A DNA stretch of 62,431 nt from Candidatus Altiarchaeota archaeon (GTDB lineage: Archaea; Altiarchaeota; Altiarchaeia; IMC4; QMZM01). Below, piece after piece: positions 19,526-29,358 of the stretch (the stretch's first letter is position 1; every line of letters starts with the position of its first letter). The translations under genes were made by a program, and so were the position numbers. The DNA lies in the NCBI GenBank assembly GCA_016931955.1, contig JAFGDV010000015.1:1-62431 (forward strand). The letters run 5' to 3'. The notes beneath the pieces were generated by a model. That model did not search any database, had not been told where the DNA came from, and saw only the letters and a list, made by a program, of their open reading frames with translations.

Positions 19526-19856
19526 CCTTGATTTTCCCTGTCTGCTTCTCCAGGAATCCTATCCCTTCCTCAAGCAGTTTTTCTCCGGTCTCGGTTATTC
19601 GGTAGTATTTTCTCTTCCTGCCCACGTTCCTCCACTCGGGTTCAACGTAACCTGAATTCTCCAGTTTGTAGAGTACTACGTAGGCTGTTACCTTGCCGGC
19701 GGAGAAATCGAATCTCTCCTCAAGCATTCTGTTTATCTCATACGCGTATATCGGTTTCTCTCTGAGGAGGCTGAGGATGTATATCCAGAGATTTTCGATG
19801 GTTACCTTCTTTATGAGCCTTTTCAGGGGCTTCTGGGGGCTTTTATCTTCGACCAT
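19515..19856 (-). CDS. PadR-family transcriptional regulator
   Basis: ILSLLREKPIYAYEI...RKYYRITETG. Confidence 0.9.
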   Translation of the reverse strand: MVEDKSPQKPLKRLIKKVTIENLWIYILSLLREKPIYAYEINRMLEERFDFSAGKVTAYVVLYKLENSGYVEPEWRNVGRKRKYYRITETGEKLLEEGIGFLEKQTGKIKATT

Positions 19857-19898
19857 GTCTCATTATTATATAAGCTTTTATGACCATAAAATAACAGG

Positions 19899-20984
19899 AT
19901 GAAGGGAATAACGGTAGCCATACTGGGCGTAGGGAACTGCGCTTCGTCATTAGTGCAAGGCGTCACATACTACAAGGACGTGGACGATTCATCACCACTG
20001 GTTCCAGGGCTGATGCACAACGTCATCCAGGGCTACAGCATATCAGACATAAAGTTCGTGGCCGCCATAGACGTGGACTCGAAGAAGATCGGCTTAGACC
20101 TATCCAAGGCGGTATTCACTGAACCGAATTGCACAGTAAAGTTCTCGGATGTTTCACCCCTAGGAGTCGACGTCGTGAAGGGTCCAGTACTGGATGGGGT
20201 GGCGGAGACCACAAGAGAGAAGTTCTCAGTTGACCCTAAACAGAAGCCAGAAGACGTTGAATCATTGTTGAGGAATATAAAGCCCGACGTTCTCGTGAAC
20301 TACCTGCCTGTGGGCTCCGAGGAGGCGACGCGTTTCTATGCTAACGTGTGCCTTGATCTGGGCATAGGATTCATTAACGCGATCCCTGTCTTTATAGCAT
20401 CCGACGCTTCTTGGGCTAAGAGATTCGAGGAAAAAAAGATCCCCGTGATAGGGGACGACATAAAGTCGCAGTTCGGGGCCACAATAGTTCACAGAACATT
20501 GGCGAGGCTTTTCGTGGACCGCGGCGTTAAGCTGGAGAATACCTATCAACTGAACGTTGGCGGGAATACCGACTTCCTGAACATGCTTGAGAGGAAACGC
20601 CTTAAGTCGAAGAAGATCTCCAAGACGCAGTCGGTTCAATCCCAGCTTCCCGCAGAACTGCCTGATGAGGACATACACATAGGTCCGTCAGATTATGTTC
20701 CATGGTTGAGGGACAAAAAATTGTGTTTCCTGAGGCTTCAGGGCAGGAAGTTCGGCGACATACCAATCAATATCGAAGTTCGGCTGGAAGTGGAGGACTC
20801 ACCGAATTCAGCCGGCGTCATGGTTGACGCCATCAGGTGCGCAAGGATTGCCTTGGACAGGGGTGTTGGCGGCGCATTGTTGAGTCCATCATCCTACTTC
20901 ATGAAGTCTCCGCTGCAGCAGTACCCTGACTCGGTAGCGAAGGAGAGGACTGAGGACTTCATTCGAGGTGAGCGGGAGAGATGA
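19899..20984 (+). CDS. ino1: myo-inositol-1-phosphate synthase
   Basis: GVGNCASSLVQG, NYLPVGSE, GDDIKSQ, GGNTDFLN, DSPNSAG. Confidence 0.97.
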   Translation: MKGITVAILGVGNCASSLVQGVTYYKDVDDSSPLVPGLMHNVIQGYSISDIKFVAAIDVDSKKIGLDLSKAVFTEPNCTVKFSDVSPLGVDVVKGPVLDGVAETTREKFSVDPKQKPEDVESLLRNIKPDVLVNYLPVGSEEATRFYANVCLDLGIGFINAIPVFIASDASWAKRFEEKKIPVIGDDIKSQFGATIVHRTLARLFVDRGVKLENTYQLNVGGNTDFLNMLERKRLKSKKISKTQSVQSQLPAELPDEDIHIGPSDYVPWLRDKKLCFLRLQGRKFGDIPINIEVRLEVEDSPNSAGVMVDAIRCARIALDRGVGGALLSPSSYFMKSPLQQYPDSVAKERTEDFIRGERER

Positions 20985-21005
20985 TTCTGTTTGGTTTCGA
21001 TTTCG

Positions 21006-21059
21006 GTGGGGGTGAGCGAAGCGAACCCGCACACTGGTGCCAGCTGACAGTGTCAGCTG
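21006..21059. repeat. Intergenic double hairpin
   Basis: GTGGGGGT-GAGCGAAGCGA-ACCCGCAC followed by palindrome CAGCTGACA-G-TGTCAGCTG (21041-21059). Confidence 0.6.
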
Positions 21060-21072
21060 CGAGAGGGGGGAG

Positions 21073-21699
21073 ATGATCAAGTCGAGTTTTGACACTGAGA
21101 GGATCAGCGTGAGGATTGGTCTTGTTTTTTCTCGATTTGGTATTACTCCTAACACTTGGACGCTTATGGCCCTTGTTCCAGCATTCTTCGGGTTCTTGAG
21201 CATTCTGTCAGGCGATCTGTTCGGTTCTTTGGTCTTGTTCGCTGCGGCGGGTGCAATAGATGCGATAGATGGGGCCGTCGCGAAGGTTACTGGAAGCGTC
21301 ACGGCCTTCGGTGGGTTCCTGGATGGGGTCATGGATAGGTACGTTGAGATCTTCATGTATATCGGCTTACTGTTCTATACGCTGCCGTTGGAGTTGGAGT
21401 TTTATCTGCCCACGCCGGTGTGGGTTTCTCTTCTAATATTTGGGGCTTTGATGCCGACTTATGTGACAGCTTACTCGCATCATAGAGGCGTTGTCACTGA
21501 TCCTGTAGACCATAGGAGGATGGAGGGGCTTATCGGGAGAAACGAGAGGTTGTGGATCATATACATTGGCATGCTTCTTGGCTGCATGGAGGAGGTCTTT
21601 CTCGTATACTTTATCGCCATCTTGGCGTTGCTCGCTAACGTGACGGCTTTGCAGAGGATATGGTTCGTCTTTGAGCACAAAAAAGAGCGTCTTACTTGA
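21073..21699 (+). CDS. CDP-alcohol phosphatidyltransferase (archaetidylinositol phosphate synthase-like)
   Basis: ITPNTWT, DAIDGAVAK...FGGFLDGVMDRY motif; adjacent to ino1. Confidence 0.9.
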   Translation: MIKSSFDTERISVRIGLVFSRFGITPNTWTLMALVPAFFGFLSILSGDLFGSLVLFAAAGAIDAIDGAVAKVTGSVTAFGGFLDGVMDRYVEIFMYIGLLFYTLPLELEFYLPTPVWVSLLIFGALMPTYVTAYSHHRGVVTDPVDHRRMEGLIGRNERLWIIYIGMLLGCMEEVFLVYFIAILALLANVTALQRIWFVFEHKKERLT

Positions 21700-22115
21700 T
21701 ATTTTTAATCCCTTATTCCCTATTCATAGTGATGTCTTCTGAATTAAAGACCCTAACAAGGAAACAGCTTTCGAAAAAACTTGCGGAAAAACACAAGACC
21801 TTCCTTGAGAAGTACATGAAAGAATTCGATTTCCTGCATAAGCTGCTTGTTTTGGAGGAAAAACAGGACCTATTGGAGCATTGGATAAAGGATGCGAGGG
21901 ATGAGGATGATGGGAAGAAGGTTAAGGAATACATGAAACAGAAAAAGAGGAACGATGATGAGATTTCTGAGATAAGAAAGGGGCTCAGCGATCTGAACAA
22001 AAAAGAAGAATACGAAGTAAAGCAGAGATATGAGTTCCTGAAAGATCACATGGATTCCCATAGGGAGGCCATCGATTACTGGACGAGCCGCCAAAATGAA
22101 CGAGAAAGAACTTAA
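21696..22115 (+). CDS. Coiled-coil hypothetical protein
   Basis: Charged helical ORF; true start may be a few codons downstream (MSSELK). Confidence 0.7.
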   Translation: MIFLIPYSLFIVMSSELKTLTRKQLSKKLAEKHKTFLEKYMKEFDFLHKLLVLEEKQDLLEHWIKDARDEDDGKKVKEYMKQKKRNDDEISEIRKGLSDLNKKEEYEVKQRYEFLKDHMDSHREAIDYWTSRQNERERT

Positions 22116-22998
22116 GAAGCAAGTAAATGAACTGCGCCATGAGATAGATGGAAGAGAGAAGGAGGTTAAGGTGCTTTACTCTGAAATAGAGGTTCACAGG
22201 AATGGAGCGGTTGAGTTAAAGCTTCAGATAGACCAAGCCAAGGAATCCATCAAGTCATCGCTGGAGGAGGCTAAGCTATTCCTCAGCAAGAGGGATGAAC
22301 TGAATAAGGAGGTTGCGGAATTAAAGAAAAAACGCAAAAAAATAAGCGATAAACTGAGGAAGCTGGGCGAGGAAATCAAGGCAAAGAAGATGAAGAGGGA
22401 TGAACTCAATAGTAAGGCTCGGGGCACGAGAGAGATCTTGGGGAAGCTATACCAAGAGAAGCTGGCAAAGATCTTGGAGGGGGATATCCCGCTCATCGAT
22501 GAAATCCGTCTATTCGACAGAATATTTGAGATAGAGGATAGACTGGATGTAGTGGGGAAAGCCGATGAACTGCATACGAAGATATCCAAGGAATATGAGA
22601 AGATACAGAAGCTTAACAAAACATTCGACGGAGTCTGCAAGAAGATAAAATCCTTGGCCGAGGAATCGCAGGAAAGCCATGAGCGTGCTATGCAGATATA
22701 CCATGGGGTTGATGATCTCAGGGAGAGGTCTAAACAGGATCATGGGAAGATAAAAGAGAAATACGAGCAGATCAATCCCCTCAGAGACAAGGTAACCGCC
22801 CTCAAGCAGGATATAAGGGTTTTAAGGGAGAAACTTACCCCATTGAATGAGGAGCTTAAGTCCTTCAAGAAGCAGAGAGATGACAGGAGAAGGGTGGAGG
22901 ACACAACCAAGGCGAAGGAAAAACTCCAGAAGAAGGGGCGGGTCAGCATCGACGACCTCCGTGTCCTATTGGAAAGCGGTGAGATAAGTTTTGAGTAG
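22096..22998 (+). CDS. Archaeal coiled-coil protein (COG1340-like)
   Basis: KRDELN repeats, ADELH, SQESHE, C-terminal KGRVSIDDL. Confidence 0.8.
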   Translation: MNEKELKKQVNELRHEIDGREKEVKVLYSEIEVHRNGAVELKLQIDQAKESIKSSLEEAKLFLSKRDELNKEVAELKKKRKKISDKLRKLGEEIKAKKMKRDELNSKARGTREILGKLYQEKLAKILEGDIPLIDEIRLFDRIFEIEDRLDVVGKADELHTKISKEYEKIQKLNKTFDGVCKKIKSLAEESQESHERAMQIYHGVDDLRERSKQDHGKIKEKYEQINPLRDKVTALKQDIRVLREKLTPLNEELKSFKKQRDDRRRVEDTTKAKEKLQKKGRVSIDDLRVLLESGEISFE

Positions 22999-24141
22999 TC
23001 AACCGTTCAGGTACTCTACTTCTTCTTCACCTAGCCTGTATTTTTCCATTAGTTCCTCCCCGTTTATCCTCTCATTCTTCAAGAGGGTCTTGAACAGTGG
23101 TATGTATTCCTTATCTATGACTCGGCAGGATGCGTGTAGTATTGGTGAAAGCTTCTCACCTATTGTTTTTCTTATGTTGCGTTCTTTTTTTGTCTGAGAC
23201 ATCTTGATTAGGTAGGATGGGAACCTGTACATTGAGTACCTTATCTGCTTCTTTTTTGATATGTTCACGCCGCCGCTCATGAGGGTGTTCACGTACCTCA
23301 GGAAACCCCAGTATTGTCTGTTCGTTATCCTCCCAAGAAAGATGTCTGCCTTCGCTATGTACTCATATGCCCGCCAGATGTCTTCTTTGTCGGTGTAGAT
23401 GTAAGGCATGTTTTCGTCTATCCACAAAAGCACGTCCTTTGGCTGCTCGTCGAGGTCGTAGAGCGAGGTCACCGCCTCCTTGAAGTCCTTCTTCGTCAAT
23501 ATAAGGCTTAATGCCTTGTATACGTCTGAGGTTTTGTCCCTTTTCTCTAAGACCTCTAAGTCTTCCATTGATATCTTCTTTCTACCCTTTGCCGCGGTCT
23601 CTAGGTCGTTTATCGCCGACCTTATGTCTCCGGCAGAGTTTTCAGAGATCTTCTCCAGGACGCCTGCTTCCGCAATCACGTCTTCCTTGTTGCAGATCTG
23701 TTGCAGTATCCTCTCTAATGTTTTCGCCGTCGGCCGCCTCATCTGTAGTTTCTCAGCCATCTTTTTGATGGTTGCAAGCCTCTTTGAGCCGAAGTCCGAG
23801 GTTAGCAGCGTTATGGGGTTCCTTGATTCCTTCAGGAGATCAGCGACCTTCTTTATGTCCTTTATCTGGTCTACGTTGTCTATTAAAAGAAGCCTTTTCC
23901 CACCGAATATGCTCGCAGTCTGCGCAGTCGCCTTAGCCGAGTCCAGGTTCTCATTTGTTACCTCAACGATCTCAAAGCCAAGTTCGCATGCGAGTGAGTT
24001 GATGAGGGAGGTTTTTCCGACGCCTGTTGGACCGTATATCAACAGGGGCTTCTTCCAGTGATACCTCTTCAGGTCCTGCACCAGCTTTGGGTTTCCAGCT
24101 ATCTCTTCCAGCTTCTCTGGTCTGTGCTTCTGAACCCACAT
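22999..24141 (-). CDS. rfcL: Replication factor C large subunit
   Basis: WVQKHRP, GPTGVGKT, GDIRSAINDL, WIDEN. Confidence 0.95.
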   Translation of the reverse strand: MWVQKHRPEKLEEIAGNPKLVQDLKRYHWKKPLLIYGPTGVGKTSLINSLACELGFEIVEVTNENLDSAKATAQTASIFGGKRLLLIDNVDQIKDIKKVADLLKESRNPITLLTSDFGSKRLATIKKMAEKLQMRRPTAKTLERILQQICNKEDVIAEAGVLEKISENSAGDIRSAINDLETAAKGRKKISMEDLEVLEKRDKTSDVYKALSLILTKKDFKEAVTSLYDLDEQPKDVLLWIDENMPYIYTDKEDIWRAYEYIAKADIFLGRITNRQYWGFLRYVNTLMSGGVNISKKKQIRYSMYRFPSYLIKMSQTKKERNIRKTIGEKLSPILHASCRVIDKEYIPLFKTLLKNERINGEELMEKYRLGEEEVEYLNG

Positions 24142-24209
24142 AACATAAAAATAGGTTTTATATGCCTTAAAGCAGTAATATTTAATAGGAAGAACTATGA
24201 GGTGATGAT

Positions 24210-25154
24210 ATGAACAGCATGTATTCGATCACTTTCGGTGGTATGGATTTAACTATTGATCTGACCTCCTTCATCCAGGATGTGTGGAGTATAGTACTCC
24301 TTATAATGCTCTTTATAATAGGTTACTTTGTGGGCTACTTTGTTGTCTCGAATCTTATCAAAAGGCTTCTGTTGGTAGAGAAGCTTCAGGTGCAGCTGGT
24401 AAGGTATGGGGCAACGACGACGAGCATGTGGAGATCGATTGTAGATTTCACAGCAATGTACGCTACCTGGTTCGTTGTCTTCTTTTTCCTTGCGCTGGCG
24501 TATGAAAGGATCCCTTTCCTTGGCGACCTGTTCTCTGGGGTTGTGATCCCGTTGACGAAGTTGATTTCCTTGATAATATGTGGTCTATTGATCGGCAGTT
24601 TTGTAGGCAAGCTTACGAAGGATAGCCTGGTAACCATCGGTTTGGAAGATGGTCTAGCGAGATATAAGATTGGCGACACACTCGGCGGGGTGCCTGTGTC
24701 AAGTGTTCTTGCGACAATAGCTAAGTGGTTTTCATTCCTCTTGTTTGTGACCGAAGCATACAGGCAGATCCTGGTGGGGGTGGGAGGGGATTCTGAGATC
24801 ATAAATGCATTGAAGGGATTGCTGAATTATGTACCAAACGCCCTGTTGGGGATCCTTGTTTTGGTTGTTTCCCTGATCGTTGCAAATTTTGCGTCAGCTA
24901 GGATAAGGCAGAGGATGCCGAGTTTCGGTGAATTGTTCCCAACGGTCATTGAGATAGTGATAATCTTCTTCGGCGTGGTTCTTGCACTGCCCAGAATCTT
25001 CGGTATAGACGACCCAACGGTTTTCCTGGCATCGATGGCAGTTATGGCGGGGTCTTTTCTGATATTGATGGTCGGTGTTGCATTGGGATTGGCCATTGCC
25101 ATAGGTCTGGGTTTTAAGAGCTATGCTGAGAAGGCGGCTGAGAAGCTTAAATAA
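24210..25154 (+). CDS. TM-helix repeat membrane protein (MscS-associated TM_helix type)
   Basis: LNYVPNALLGILVL and ALGLAIAIGLG motifs, many TMs. Confidence 0.7.
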   Translation: MNSMYSITFGGMDLTIDLTSFIQDVWSIVLLIMLFIIGYFVGYFVVSNLIKRLLLVEKLQVQLVRYGATTTSMWRSIVDFTAMYATWFVVFFFLALAYERIPFLGDLFSGVVIPLTKLISLIICGLLIGSFVGKLTKDSLVTIGLEDGLARYKIGDTLGGVPVSSVLATIAKWFSFLLFVTEAYRQILVGVGGDSEIINALKGLLNYVPNALLGILVLVVSLIVANFASARIRQRMPSFGELFPTVIEIVIIFFGVVLALPRIFGIDDPTVFLASMAVMAGSFLILMVGVALGLAIAIGLGFKSYAEKAAEKLK

Positions 25155-25163
25155 CCCAGTCTA

Positions 25164-25841
25164 TCATATCTTTATCTCATCTGGTTTCCTGTAGACTTGG
25201 ATGCCCTCCATAGTCCCCAGTCTCTTAGTGTTCTCTATGTCAATATCTCGTATGTGTATCCTGACCTTCTTGCCGAAGCTTATCGCAGAATACGTGCATT
25301 CTTCCACGCATTTCTTGCAGGCGTTGCACTTTAACATGTTCGCCCTCACCCTATCATCCCTGTAGATGGCTTTCTTTGGGCAGTTCATGAGCGGAGGGCA
25401 TGTTTCGCAGTTCCTGCAAAGCATCGGGTCTATTACCAGCGGAAGCATTGTCTCCTGAGTCTTCTTGTAATCCGTTGGGACCACATGGAGGGGGGTTCCG
25501 CTCTTGACCGCTTGTGCGGCGATGTTGCTTACAAGGGAGTCGGCGACTCCTGTAACTATTTTTGCCACGGTGTTTGCAGTACAGGGAGATACTATAACGA
25601 GGTCGTATTCCTTCTTAGCGAGCCTTCCGACCAGGGGAGAGCTGGATCCTTGTTCGTCTTCCATGAACACATCCTTGAAGTCTCTCTCTATCTGGTCAAG
25701 GAGGCCGTACATCTCTGCCACCTCACAGCCCGCTCCAGAAAAAGCTACTGCTATCTTGTTCCCTCTCATGTTTTTCCGCATGAAGTCAGCGCTTTCTTGG
25801 AGTAGGTGGCCTGCTCCCGTCACACACCAGAGAACATGCAT
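25164..25841 (-). CDS. dmrX: Dihydromethanopterin reductase (acceptor), flavoprotein with ferredoxin insert
   Basis: WCVTGAGHLL, PCTANTVAKIVTGVADSL, two CxxCxxC...C clusters. Confidence 0.8.
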   Translation of the reverse strand: MHVLWCVTGAGHLLQESADFMRKNMRGNKIAVAFSGAGCEVAEMYGLLDQIERDFKDVFMEDEQGSSSPLVGRLAKKEYDLVIVSPCTANTVAKIVTGVADSLVSNIAAQAVKSGTPLHVVPTDYKKTQETMLPLVIDPMLCRNCETCPPLMNCPKKAIYRDDRVRANMLKCNACKKCVEECTYSAISFGKKVRIHIRDIDIENTKRLGTMEGIQVYRKPDEIKI

Positions 25842-25875
25842 TTTATTTATAATGTTCTAAAGTGATATATCTACT

Positions 25876-26364
25876 ATGTTAAAGATTATCAAATCCGTGG
25901 ATAATAATGGATTCGTCTACTCCCCATTTGTCGTGATCGTGCTAGTGGTCATCTCGTTAGCCTTCGCAGTCCACTTTATGGAGATAGAGAAGCTCCAGAT
26001 CGAAGGGATACAGGTGGAGGCGCAGGTAAACAAAGCCGTCCTAGACATGGAAGAGCTGAAATCGAACACAAACACAATAGCCCTCCATCTATCATATCAG
26101 GCGATCTCAACAAAAGAAAACAACACAACAGAGGAGCTCAGAGAAGAAATAGAGAACAAACTGAATGAATACGTAAGCAACCACAGACCAGCTGAGGTGT
26201 CAACAATAGAGGGAAACTATTCCATCTCATTGGAAAAGCTACCCAACGACTACCTGTTAGTGAAAACCTCCAAAGCGCCTAAGGCATGCATAGAAAACCA
26301 ACTCATCAGTTTATGCTCCAACCTGAGCATAGAACGCATAGTAGACAGAAAATGGACCAACTAG
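25876..26364 (+). CDS. Membrane-anchored hypothetical protein
   Basis: N-terminal G/FVYSPFVVIVLVVISLAF, resembling a class III signal. Confidence 0.65.
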   Translation: MLKIIKSVDNNGFVYSPFVVIVLVVISLAFAVHFMEIEKLQIEGIQVEAQVNKAVLDMEELKSNTNTIALHLSYQAISTKENNTTEELREEIENKLNEYVSNHRPAEVSTIEGNYSISLEKLPNDYLLVKTSKAPKACIENQLISLCSNLSIERIVDRKWTN

Positions 26365-26975
26365 CCCTCTTCGTGGACCAGGTGATAATATTGTTGCTGA
26401 TGCTAACAGGCATGTTGGTAGGGGAATCCGCCACCTCGTCACTTTTCGGCTACGTCAGAGGGAAGACGAAGCAGTTACTATACCTGCTGTTCTTCGTCGT
26501 CTTCATAGTCTTCGGCAACTATCTGCCATCCCTTATGGGGCTCCCCAACCTCAGCTTCCTTGATTCCATAATACTATTCAGCGTCTGGGGATTTCTGTCA
26601 GTCTTCTTCAGCAGAACCCTCATTTTCCTGCTTGATCACTCGACTAGCTTCCTCAGGGGACTGAATAAGGGGGGAAAAAACAAGATAACAGTGGATGCAC
26701 AGAATCTGATAAGACACCTTCGACAGAAGGGGCTGAACTGGAAGGAAATAAACTCCATCCTCTCTGACCTCACGGGTTCGAGCAAGAAGGCCGAATCCCT
26801 GCAGAAGAAGGCGGAAAATGGCAGGCTTAACAAGAAGATCCCAATAAACCCCCACGAGCTTACGGTAGCCGTGCATGGTATAGGATTTACCGCGGAAGAA
26901 ATAACCGATCTGCTAGTTAGAGCCTTCAGCCTGACCCCTGAGCAGGCAGCGAACATATGGCGGGAATCCACCTAA
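26352..26975 (+). CDS. Membrane protein with C-terminal helical repeats
   Basis: 3 TMs then two similar helical units; likely start ATG 26352. Confidence 0.65.
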   Translation: MDQLALFVDQVIILLLMLTGMLVGESATSSLFGYVRGKTKQLLYLLFFVVFIVFGNYLPSLMGLPNLSFLDSIILFSVWGFLSVFFSRTLIFLLDHSTSFLRGLNKGGKNKITVDAQNLIRHLRQKGLNWKEINSILSDLTGSSKKAESLQKKAENGRLNKKIPINPHELTVAVHGIGFTAEEITDLLVRAFSLTPEQAANIWREST

Positions 26976-27157
26976 CAACCCCAAACTCCCACTAATCTGG
27001 CTGCCATATTTACGTTCTCTCGTCCAGTAATATAATGCCCCTCACAGGGTCACCTTAGCTGAGAGATGAAATGATTTTTGATCGATGAATCTGGGGGTTA
27101 GTGAGGGGTTACACATTCAAGTATCTATTTATGTTCGTATTCCACATATTTTAACCT

Positions 27158-28639
27158 ATGAACTATAGATTGGTTCTATCCTCTTTGGTTGTTTTTGTTT
27201 TGTCCACATCTATAGCGGATGCGTTATCTATGACGGCCGTGGATATAGTCCCAAGCAACCAGCTTTATCTTGATGACTCATTCTCGGTGCATGTTAAACT
27301 CAACGGTAATAGCTGCAAATGGCAGGTACGCTTTACCCTAGACGGTAAACCCTTCAACACCAGCATCTACCTGCGGAACGGTACAAGATATATACCTTGC
27401 AGCACAAAGGAGACTGATTCAGGTGTGTGGGATCTGAAGAAAAAACCGCTCACACCCGGAAACCACGTCGTCAAGGTAGAGCTCTATGAGCCAGGCACGT
27501 CCTCTCCTGAGTGGGGCCTTCTTGTATACGAAAAATCCACTTCAATACTGAGGATATATGACGCCTTCAGGGCAACGACAACAACGACCTCGACCACTAC
27601 CTCGACGACGAGGAAAACAACCACATCAACAACGACCTCGACGACTTCAACCACGACCTCGACGACGAAGCCAGTCGCATACCTTGAACACGAGGATGAA
27701 GAATACGGCTTCAGGCTGACATACCCCGACACCTGGAAGAAAAAAGAGGAGATTAAATGGGCTGTGTTGTTTACGACCCCCTTCGACGAAGAAGCCAAGA
27801 TACCTGACATATACCAGGAGAGGGTTGGGGTGTCCGTCCAGAAGGTGTCATCGGATGCGACGCTTGAATCATTTACAGCCTCCTCGATAGATTCACTGAA
27901 ATCAGTTTCAGGATTCGAGGTCATCGACTCCAGTAACGTTACCTTTGCAGGTCAGGAGGCTCGTCAAGTGGTCTATGAGTTCAGGATGTATCCCCTAGAC
28001 ATGAAGGCTTTGAGGGTCTATACGATAAGGAACGACTATGCCTATGTGTTGGTCTACGAGGCGGAGGATAAGAGTTATTCTAAATACCTAGAAGATTTCA
28101 GTAAACTCAAGGATTCCTTCCAGATCTTGGCGGAGCCAACCACAACGACCACCACATCAACTACGACAACAACGTCATCATCTACCACCACAACAACCCA
28201 GCCGGGCATATACACTACGCTTCTGTCCAATATCGGGTTGATTGCCGTAGTAGCCATCATCGTCGTAGTCGCACTATTTTTCGTGTTAAGGCAGCTGACC
28301 AGACCAAAAGAGAGGAAGACAAAAACCATTGCCGCAAAATCGAGGGTCGTGTCTGAGGAGGACATATCTAGAGATGAAATCCTTGACGAGGTCATGAGGA
28401 AAACACCGAGCATTGTATCAGAGGATAAATCCATTAAAAGAGAAGTTAGGACGACTACAGCTGACTTAGGGGATGAAGACCTGAGGAGGCTTAAGGAACT
28501 GGAAGAAGAGATAACCCGACTGGAGAAGGAGACAGCAAAGGATAAAAAGGAGAGCGTCTGGGACGCAGAGGGTTCCGAGGAATCCGTAGAGAAGGGCACT
28601 AAGAGCAAGAAGAAATCTGATGAAGGGAATTCGGGGTGA
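27158..28639 (+). CDS. Thr-rich cell-surface protein with PsbP-like domain
   Basis: Signal peptide, two poly-Thr linkers, YGFRLTYPDTW...SFQI PsbP-like domain, TM anchor. Confidence 0.8.
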   Translation: MNYRLVLSSLVVFVLSTSIADALSMTAVDIVPSNQLYLDDSFSVHVKLNGNSCKWQVRFTLDGKPFNTSIYLRNGTRYIPCSTKETDSGVWDLKKKPLTPGNHVVKVELYEPGTSSPEWGLLVYEKSTSILRIYDAFRATTTTTSTTTSTTRKTTTSTTTSTTSTTTSTTKPVAYLEHEDEEYGFRLTYPDTWKKKEEIKWAVLFTTPFDEEAKIPDIYQERVGVSVQKVSSDATLESFTASSIDSLKSVSGFEVIDSSNVTFAGQEARQVVYEFRMYPLDMKALRVYTIRNDYAYVLVYEAEDKSYSKYLEDFSKLKDSFQILAEPTTTTTTSTTTTTSSSTTTTTQPGIYTTLLSNIGLIAVVAIIVVVALFFVLRQLTRPKERKTKTIAAKSRVVSEEDISRDEILDEVMRKTPSIVSEDKSIKREVRTTTADLGDEDLRRLKELEEEITRLEKETAKDKKESVWDAEGSEESVEKGTKSKKKSDEGNSG

Positions 28640-28643
28640 TGCG

Positions 28644-29357
28644 TTAGACAATAAACTCATGCTCTTTCTCTGTTTTCTTTCCATCCACTTCTAGAGTCCT
28701 CTTTAGTAAGCCCTTTCTTTTGGCATGAATTCGTGCCATCGCATAGTTTCCCATGTATTCCTCTGGTATGATTATATCCCCTATAGAATATCTGTGGGTG
28801 ATGTGTATCCCCTTGAATTCTTCATCAGTTAGATCAAAGCAGAATTCATCAATAACAGACTTAAGTCTTTTTATGTCGAAGACAGCGGAGCAGAATTTCT
28901 GATCAAATCCGGATCCGAGTTTTTGGGGCTTCTTTTTTGTTTTCAGGTTCTCTCTTCCAATAGCAGGGTTTAGGTCGAGGAGTATCTGGGCATCGGGGAA
29001 TTCAGAATATATCTTAGACAGATTCTCCGCCGGAACGGAGCCTTTGACCTGTAGTGTGTAGACTCCCTTCTTTTTTGAGGATTTCGTTACAGTTATGTTG
29101 TTCTCTGATAGATGGCTTGTTATGTCCTCCCATGATATGATGCTCCCTGATATATTGAATTCATCGCGTGAATCCTTTGTCATAATCCAACCGAGAGAGT
29201 TCACGTAGTCATCGGATGAGGAGATTTTTATCATATTGCCTTCGTTTCTTATCGTCATTATGGGTCCCTGGAATTCACCCCTCCCGTATTTGATGAACTT
29301 CTTGTGTATATATTCCTTCTCAGGGTTTCTTTGGATTATTTCCTTGATGAAGTGCAT
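28644..29357 (-). CDS. Conserved archaeal hypothetical protein
   Basis: IHKKFIKYGRGEF...ARIHAKRKG; directly downstream of top6A. Confidence 0.75.
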   Translation of the reverse strand: MHFIKEIIQRNPEKEYIHKKFIKYGRGEFQGPIMTIRNEGNMIKISSSDDYVNSLGWIMTKDSRDEFNISGSIISWEDITSHLSENNITVTKSSKKKGVYTLQVKGSVPAENLSKIYSEFPDAQILLDLNPAIGRENLKTKKKPQKLGSGFDQKFCSAVFDIKRLKSVIDEFCFDLTDEEFKGIHITHRYSIGDIIIPEEYMGNYAMARIHAKRKGLLKRTLEVDGKKTEKEHEFIV

Positions 29358-29358
29358 T

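Noticed and set aside
27570-28200. ACN tandem repeats as a DNA repeat element
   Set aside because: They encode poly-Thr linkers with mixed codons
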